Positions 17,744 through 21,772 of a stretch of DNA of 21,772 nucleotides are shown here, piece after piece. The stretch's first letter is position 1. Each line of letters begins with the position of its first letter. The stretch is from Opitutus sp. GAS368 (lineage in GTDB: Bacteria > Verrucomicrobiota > Verrucomicrobiia > Opitutales > Opitutaceae): the NCBI GenBank assembly GCA_945861645.1, contig CAMAVZ010000029.1, positions 1 to 21,772 of the forward strand, read 5' to 3'. Made by a program: the position numbers and the translations under genes. The notes under the pieces were generated by a model. It ran no database searches and was not told the origin of the DNA. It saw only the letters and a program-made list of their open reading frames with translations.

Positions 17744-19357
17744 TTACTCGAGCGTCAGCCCGCTAAAGAATCGCGTCCAGAGGCTATCCGTCTGCCAATT
17801 TTTTACGTTGGGCTGGATCAGGAAGTTTTGCACATTAAAATAAAGCGGGATGAGAGGCATATCCTCGAGGAGAATTTTTTCCGCTAACGCGTAGTGGCGG
17901 TGGCGCAGAGCGGGCGAGGCTTGGGTGTTGGCGGCGCGCACCAGATGGTCGTACTCGGAATTGCGCCAATGCGGATAGTTCGCGGGGTGGCCGCTGGTGA
18001 GTTGCGTGAATAAGTCCGCGGCACTCGGGTAGTCAGGTATCGCGGTTACCAGGGCGAGGTCATAGTCTCCGGCGGTGAGGGCGGCCAAATGAGTACGGGC
18101 TTCGCGCTGCGCGAGGGTGATTTCAAGGCCGAGTTCGCGCCGCCAGACTTGCTGAATCACCTCGAGGACGGGGGCCGGATACCACGTCGTGAGTTCGAGT
18201 CGAGGGAAGCCGCGGCCTTGCGGAAAGCCCGCGGCCGTTAAGAGGCGCCGCGCTTCAGTAAGATCTTCTTCGAGGCCGAGCCCACTCGTATGCTGGCCAA
18301 GGCCGGGGGGGATAAAGGAGTAAGCGGGGACTTGGCCGCCTTGCAGCACCTTCTCGGTGAGCGTACGGCGATTTAAAGCGAGGGCCAGCGCTTGGCGTAC
18401 GCGCCGATCATTTAAGGGCGACTTTGTGGTGTTGATCGCTAGGTAGCGCGTTTCTTGCTGCCGCACCGAGCGCAAAATCGGCGGCTGACTTGCTCGATAG
18501 GCGGGCAATTTATGAAACGGCACCGACATCGTAACATCTAATTGGCCGGCGCGAAACGCGCGTTCTTCACTGTCGCCACTATCGAAAGCAAGGAAATGAA
18601 TCGCGGCCAACGGAATCGAGCGCGCCGCCCGATAGGTCGGGTTGCGGGCCACCATAATTGCCTGGTGGGGGCGCCAGGCGGTTAGCGTGAAGGGACCATT
18701 ACCGATATAATTTTCCCGCGAAATTCCGCCGGCGCGGTTGGGCCCGTCCGCGCGGGGCGGCCTGAGGCGAGAGCGATGGACGGGAATCCAGGGACCGCTG
18801 GCGACGAGCGCCAGAAAATCAGCCTGCGGCTCGGTGAGGGTGAGCTCCAGTTGGCCGTCAGGCAAAGCGCGGACGCCCACCGCCAAAAAATCTTTTTCGC
18901 GGCCGGCATAGAAGGCTTCCGCATTCTTTAAGGGGAAGAAGAGTGCTGCTTTCGGCGCCGCAGTCGCGGGCGTGAGTGCGCGTTCGAGCGAGGCGACAAA
19001 ATCAGCTGCCACGACCGGCTCGCCGTTAGACCAGCGCGCTTCGGGATTAAGCGTAAAGGTGTAAGTCCGCCCATCGGGTGAAATCGTCCACTTCGTCGCC
19101 ACGGCGGGTTGGGGTTCGCCATCATCTGGGCTGGGGGTGAGTAAGCCTTCGCCGAGGGCGCGGATAATAAAAAATTCATCTGGGAGCGTGGCCCGTTGCG
19201 GATCGAGGGTGGCGGGCTCATTGCGTTGGCTGACACGTAAAATTGGTCCAGCGGGGTGAGCCTCGGCGGGTTTTTGGCAGCTGCTGAGGGCACACAGCAA
19301 ACTGACCGCGCTCAGTGCCCAGCAACTTAACCGGTGATTATTTCTCCAGCCAAACAT
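17744..19357 (-). CDS. oppA: Peptide ABC transporter substrate-binding lipoprotein (OppA-like, family 5), copy 2
   Basis: Lipobox LSSC; EPATLDP, WTISPDGRTYTF, ARWSNGEPV, GNGPF, RVRQALALA, PLIPLYF. Confidence 0.9.
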   Translation of the reverse strand: MFGWRNNHRLSCWALSAVSLLCALSSCQKPAEAHPAGPILRVSQRNEPATLDPQRATLPDEFFIIRALGEGLLTPSPDDGEPQPAVATKWTISPDGRTYTFTLNPEARWSNGEPVVAADFVASLERALTPATAAPKAALFFPLKNAEAFYAGREKDFLAVGVRALPDGQLELTLTEPQADFLALVASGPWIPVHRSRLRPPRADGPNRAGGISRENYIGNGPFTLTAWRPHQAIMVARNPTYRAARSIPLAAIHFLAFDSGDSEERAFRAGQLDVTMSVPFHKLPAYRASQPPILRSVRQQETRYLAINTTKSPLNDRRVRQALALALNRRTLTEKVLQGGQVPAYSFIPPGLGQHTSGLGLEEDLTEARRLLTAAGFPQGRGFPRLELTTWYPAPVLEVIQQVWRRELGLEITLAQREARTHLAALTAGDYDLALVTAIPDYPSAADLFTQLTSGHPANYPHWRNSEYDHLVRAANTQASPALRHRHYALAEKILLEDMPLIPLYFNVQNFLIQPNVKNWQTDSLWTRFFSGLTLE

Positions 19358-20975
19358 AGCGATAGTCGGAGTGATCCATCGGGGTGGGTTGCCAACCGCG
19401 GACAGCCGGGTGCAAGAGGTAAACGTGCGTATTAAAATAAATGGGAATAATGGGTGCGGCTTCGAGCATGAGCGCCTCGGCCGCAGTCAACACCGCGCCG
19501 CGGGCCGCGGGATCAGCAAGGCGATTCGCCTGATCGGAGAGGGCGTCATACGCGGGATCAGCCCAACCAGTGTGGTTATTGCCCGAATCGCTGCGCCATA
19601 AATCGAGGAAGGTCGTCGCATCGAGATAATCAGCCGTCCAACTCCCTAGGAGGATTTGATAATCTCCCGTGCGCCGGCTAGCGAAGACGACCTTAAATTC
19701 CTGATTTACGAGCCGGATATCGAGGCCGAGGTCGCGGCGCCACATTTGTTGAATCGCTTCGGCCACGAGCCGGAGAATTTCAGAATTGTTGTAGAGAATT
19801 TCAATGGGCGGCAGTCCCGCCCCGCCGGCGTGCCCCGCTTCGGCGAGGAGTTGGCGCGCCGCGGCCAGATCATACGCGCGGCGGGTCGGAGGCGTATAGC
19901 CAGGAATAACTGAGGAGATGAGGGTGGGCGCCGGCTGGCGTCCACCGGGAAGAATTTTTTGCGCAATCGCCTCCCGGTCGATCGCGAGCGACAACGCCCG
20001 GCGGATCCGTTGATCAGTCAGCGGTGCGCGGCGCACGTTGAGGCGGAAGAAATAGGTTTCAAGAATGGGATCGATGCGGAGTGCGGGGGATTTCTCTTGT
20101 TGGAGCGGAAGAATTTTAGAGAGCGGCAGAGCCCACGTGCCATGAAGCTGACCGGCGCGGAAAGCGCGTTCTTCGGCGTCCATGCTATCGATGGGATAAA
20201 ATTGAATGGCGTTGAGGCGCACCGTCGCGTGATCCCAATAGGTCAAAGATTTTTCGACCAAAATATGTTGATGGGGCTTCCATTCTTTTAAAATGAATGG
20301 ACCGCTGGAAATGAGTTTCCTTGGTCGCGTCCACGGGGTGCCCCGACGGTAAGCGTCACCGACCGCCGCGATGCTGCGCACGTTCAGGGGGCGCCACGGT
20401 GAGTTGAGGAGAATTTGGAGAAAATATGGTGCGGGGTGAGCCAGTGTAACCACGAGCGTGCGCGGATCAGGCGCGGCTAAGCCGACGGTAGAAAAATCGG
20501 TGGCCTGGCCTTTATGAAATGACTCGGCTCCGCGGATGATATAAAAAAAATAGGCGTAATCCGCCGCCAGGGTGGGGGTGAGAATCCGCCGCCAAGAGGC
20601 GATGCAATCCTCGGCGGTGATTGGATCGCCATTGCTCCAGCGGGCGGTCGGGCGCAGATGAAAAGTGTAGACTAATCCATCGGGGGAAATTTCCCAACGT
20701 TCGGCGAGAGCGGGGCGAGGGGCGAGGGTGACGGGATCAAAGGTGACGATGGGTTCGAACAGGGCCGCGATAATTTTGGCATCGCCGAGGCCGGTGACCG
20801 TTTGGGGATCAAGATCAGTTGGCTCGGAGCCCACACTTAAATGTAAAACGCCAGCTTGGGTAGCTTGGTCAACGGTGGTGGCGCGCCGAGCACAGCTCCC
20901 GTTGAGCAAAGCCATCAGGCCAAAAAGTACGCCCGCCAAGCGTAGCGGTCGCCGGATATCGTTAGCGCCTCTCAC
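19338..20975 (-). CDS. oppA: Peptide ABC transporter substrate-binding lipoprotein (OppA-like, family 5), copy 1
   Basis: Signal peptide ending ...GSC; EPTDLDP, WEISPDGLVYTFHLR, WSNGDP, SSGPF, RRALSLAIDR, WTADY.D, PIIPIYF. GTGA overlap with the ispF stop. Confidence 0.92.
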   Translation of the reverse strand: MRGANDIRRPLRLAGVLFGLMALLNGSCARRATTVDQATQAGVLHLSVGSEPTDLDPQTVTGLGDAKIIAALFEPIVTFDPVTLAPRPALAERWEISPDGLVYTFHLRPTARWSNGDPITAEDCIASWRRILTPTLAADYAYFFYIIRGAESFHKGQATDFSTVGLAAPDPRTLVVTLAHPAPYFLQILLNSPWRPLNVRSIAAVGDAYRRGTPWTRPRKLISSGPFILKEWKPHQHILVEKSLTYWDHATVRLNAIQFYPIDSMDAEERAFRAGQLHGTWALPLSKILPLQQEKSPALRIDPILETYFFRLNVRRAPLTDQRIRRALSLAIDREAIAQKILPGGRQPAPTLISSVIPGYTPPTRRAYDLAAARQLLAEAGHAGGAGLPPIEILYNNSEILRLVAEAIQQMWRRDLGLDIRLVNQEFKVVFASRRTGDYQILLGSWTADYLDATTFLDLWRSDSGNNHTGWADPAYDALSDQANRLADPAARGAVLTAAEALMLEAAPIIPIYFNTHVYLLHPAVRGWQPTPMDHSDYRYVWLEK

Positions 20976-21460
20976 GGGAATGACTTCTCGATTAAGGCGA
21001 CCGCATGGGCGGCGATAGCCAGCCCGCGGCCGAGGTCATCGCACCCTTCATTGGTGGTCGCCTTCAAACCGATCGCATCGGGGGACAAACCAGTGGAGGC
21101 GGCGAGGACCGCCTTCATCTCGGCTAGGCGATTAGAGATTTTTGGTTTTTCGGCGATCAGCGTCGCATCAATATTAATTGGCGTCCATCCGTTTGCCTGC
21201 AGCGTCGCGATTACTTTTTGGAGGAGCACCTGCGAATTTATATTCTGCCAAGTGGGTTCGGTGTTAGGGAAAAAATGGCCAATGTCAGGCAGCCCTGCCG
21301 CACCCAGCAAGGCATCGCAGATCGCATGCGTGAGGGCATCAGCGTCCGAATGTCCCTCGAGGCCGAAGTCCGCGGCAAAAGTTACCCCGCCCAGTACCAA
21401 CGGTCGGCCGACCGTGGTGCGGTGGATGTCGTAGCCGTGACCAATGCGCCAATGAGCCAT
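20972..21460 (-). CDS. ispF: 2-C-methyl-D-erythritol 2,4-cyclodiphosphate synthase
   Basis: RIGHGYDIH, LGGV, GHSDADAL.HAICDALLGA, DIGHFFP, KATTNE. Confidence 0.97.
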   Translation of the reverse strand: MAHWRIGHGYDIHRTTVGRPLVLGGVTFAADFGLEGHSDADALTHAICDALLGAAGLPDIGHFFPNTEPTWQNINSQVLLQKVIATLQANGWTPINIDATLIAEKPKISNRLAEMKAVLAASTGLSPDAIGLKATTNEGCDDLGRGLAIAAHAVALIEKSFP

Positions 21461-21472
21461 AAATAATTTCCC

Positions 21473-21772
21473 TTAAGGTTTAAGTTCAGTGACCAAAAAT
21501 TCCAAGTACGCCAGGTCGGCCGGGGTGGTCAGCTTGGGATTCGGGTACGTATTCTCGAGTAAGGCAATGGGATGGTGCAGTAACTCTACCGCCGCCGCAT
21601 CATCGGTAATGCTCAACCGGCGGGCGGCTACCCGCGCGTAGGCTCGGTCGATTAAAGATCGCGCGAAAACCTGGGGCGTTTCCATCGCCCAGAGATGCTG
21701 GCGCGGCAGGGTGCGCAGTTGGCCTTCGCCGCGATGGACTTTAATGGTGTCGATCACGCGATGGGCCAGCAC
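21473..21772 (-). CDS. ispD: 2-C-methyl-D-erythritol 4-phosphate cytidylyltransferase (C-terminal part; 5' truncated by the window)
   Basis: DTIK, LWAMETPQVF, ITDDAAAVE, NPKLTTPADL; directly upstream of ispF. Confidence 0.95.
   Translation of the reverse strand: MLAHRVIDTIKVHRGEGQLRTLPRQHLWAMETPQVFARSLIDRAYARVAARRLSITDDAAAVELLHHPIALLENTYPNPKLTTPADLAYLEFLVTELKP

Noticed and set aside
1-21772. CRISPR array, tRNA/rRNA, IS, integrase or defence island
   Set aside because: No regularly spaced 25-45 bp repeats, no T-arm/cloverleaf motif in the spacers, and no transposase, integrase or nuclease-island genes; content is housekeeping

Overview
A GC-rich, gene-dense bacterial core-genome segment. The gene set and protein style suggest Verrucomicrobiota, probably Opitutaceae-like; this is an inference. 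Almost everything lies on the minus strand, in transcription order: ispD (partial), ispF, two oppA-like genes, an M28 peptidase, oppB, oppC, an MsbA-like exporter, dciA, an AT-rich structured spacer, rpsO with a long structured leader, pnp, DUF2127, surE, an orphan ABC ATPase, rmuC, a TIGR03067 protein, a MOSC protein, a small membrane protein, moxR, DUF58 and a vWA/BatA gene (partial). The only plus-strand gene is a short GGQ release-factor-like protein. I found no tRNA, rRNA, CRISPR array or mobile element. The best novelty candidates are non-coding: a ~120-nt four-helix RNA just upstream of rpsO (candidate S15 autoregulatory leader), an adjacent ~175-nt multi-hairpin element, and a structured rpsO-pnp spacer. 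The C12orf65/mtRF-R-type GGQ protein and degenerate 7-nt repeats, some inside coding regions, are also worth checking.
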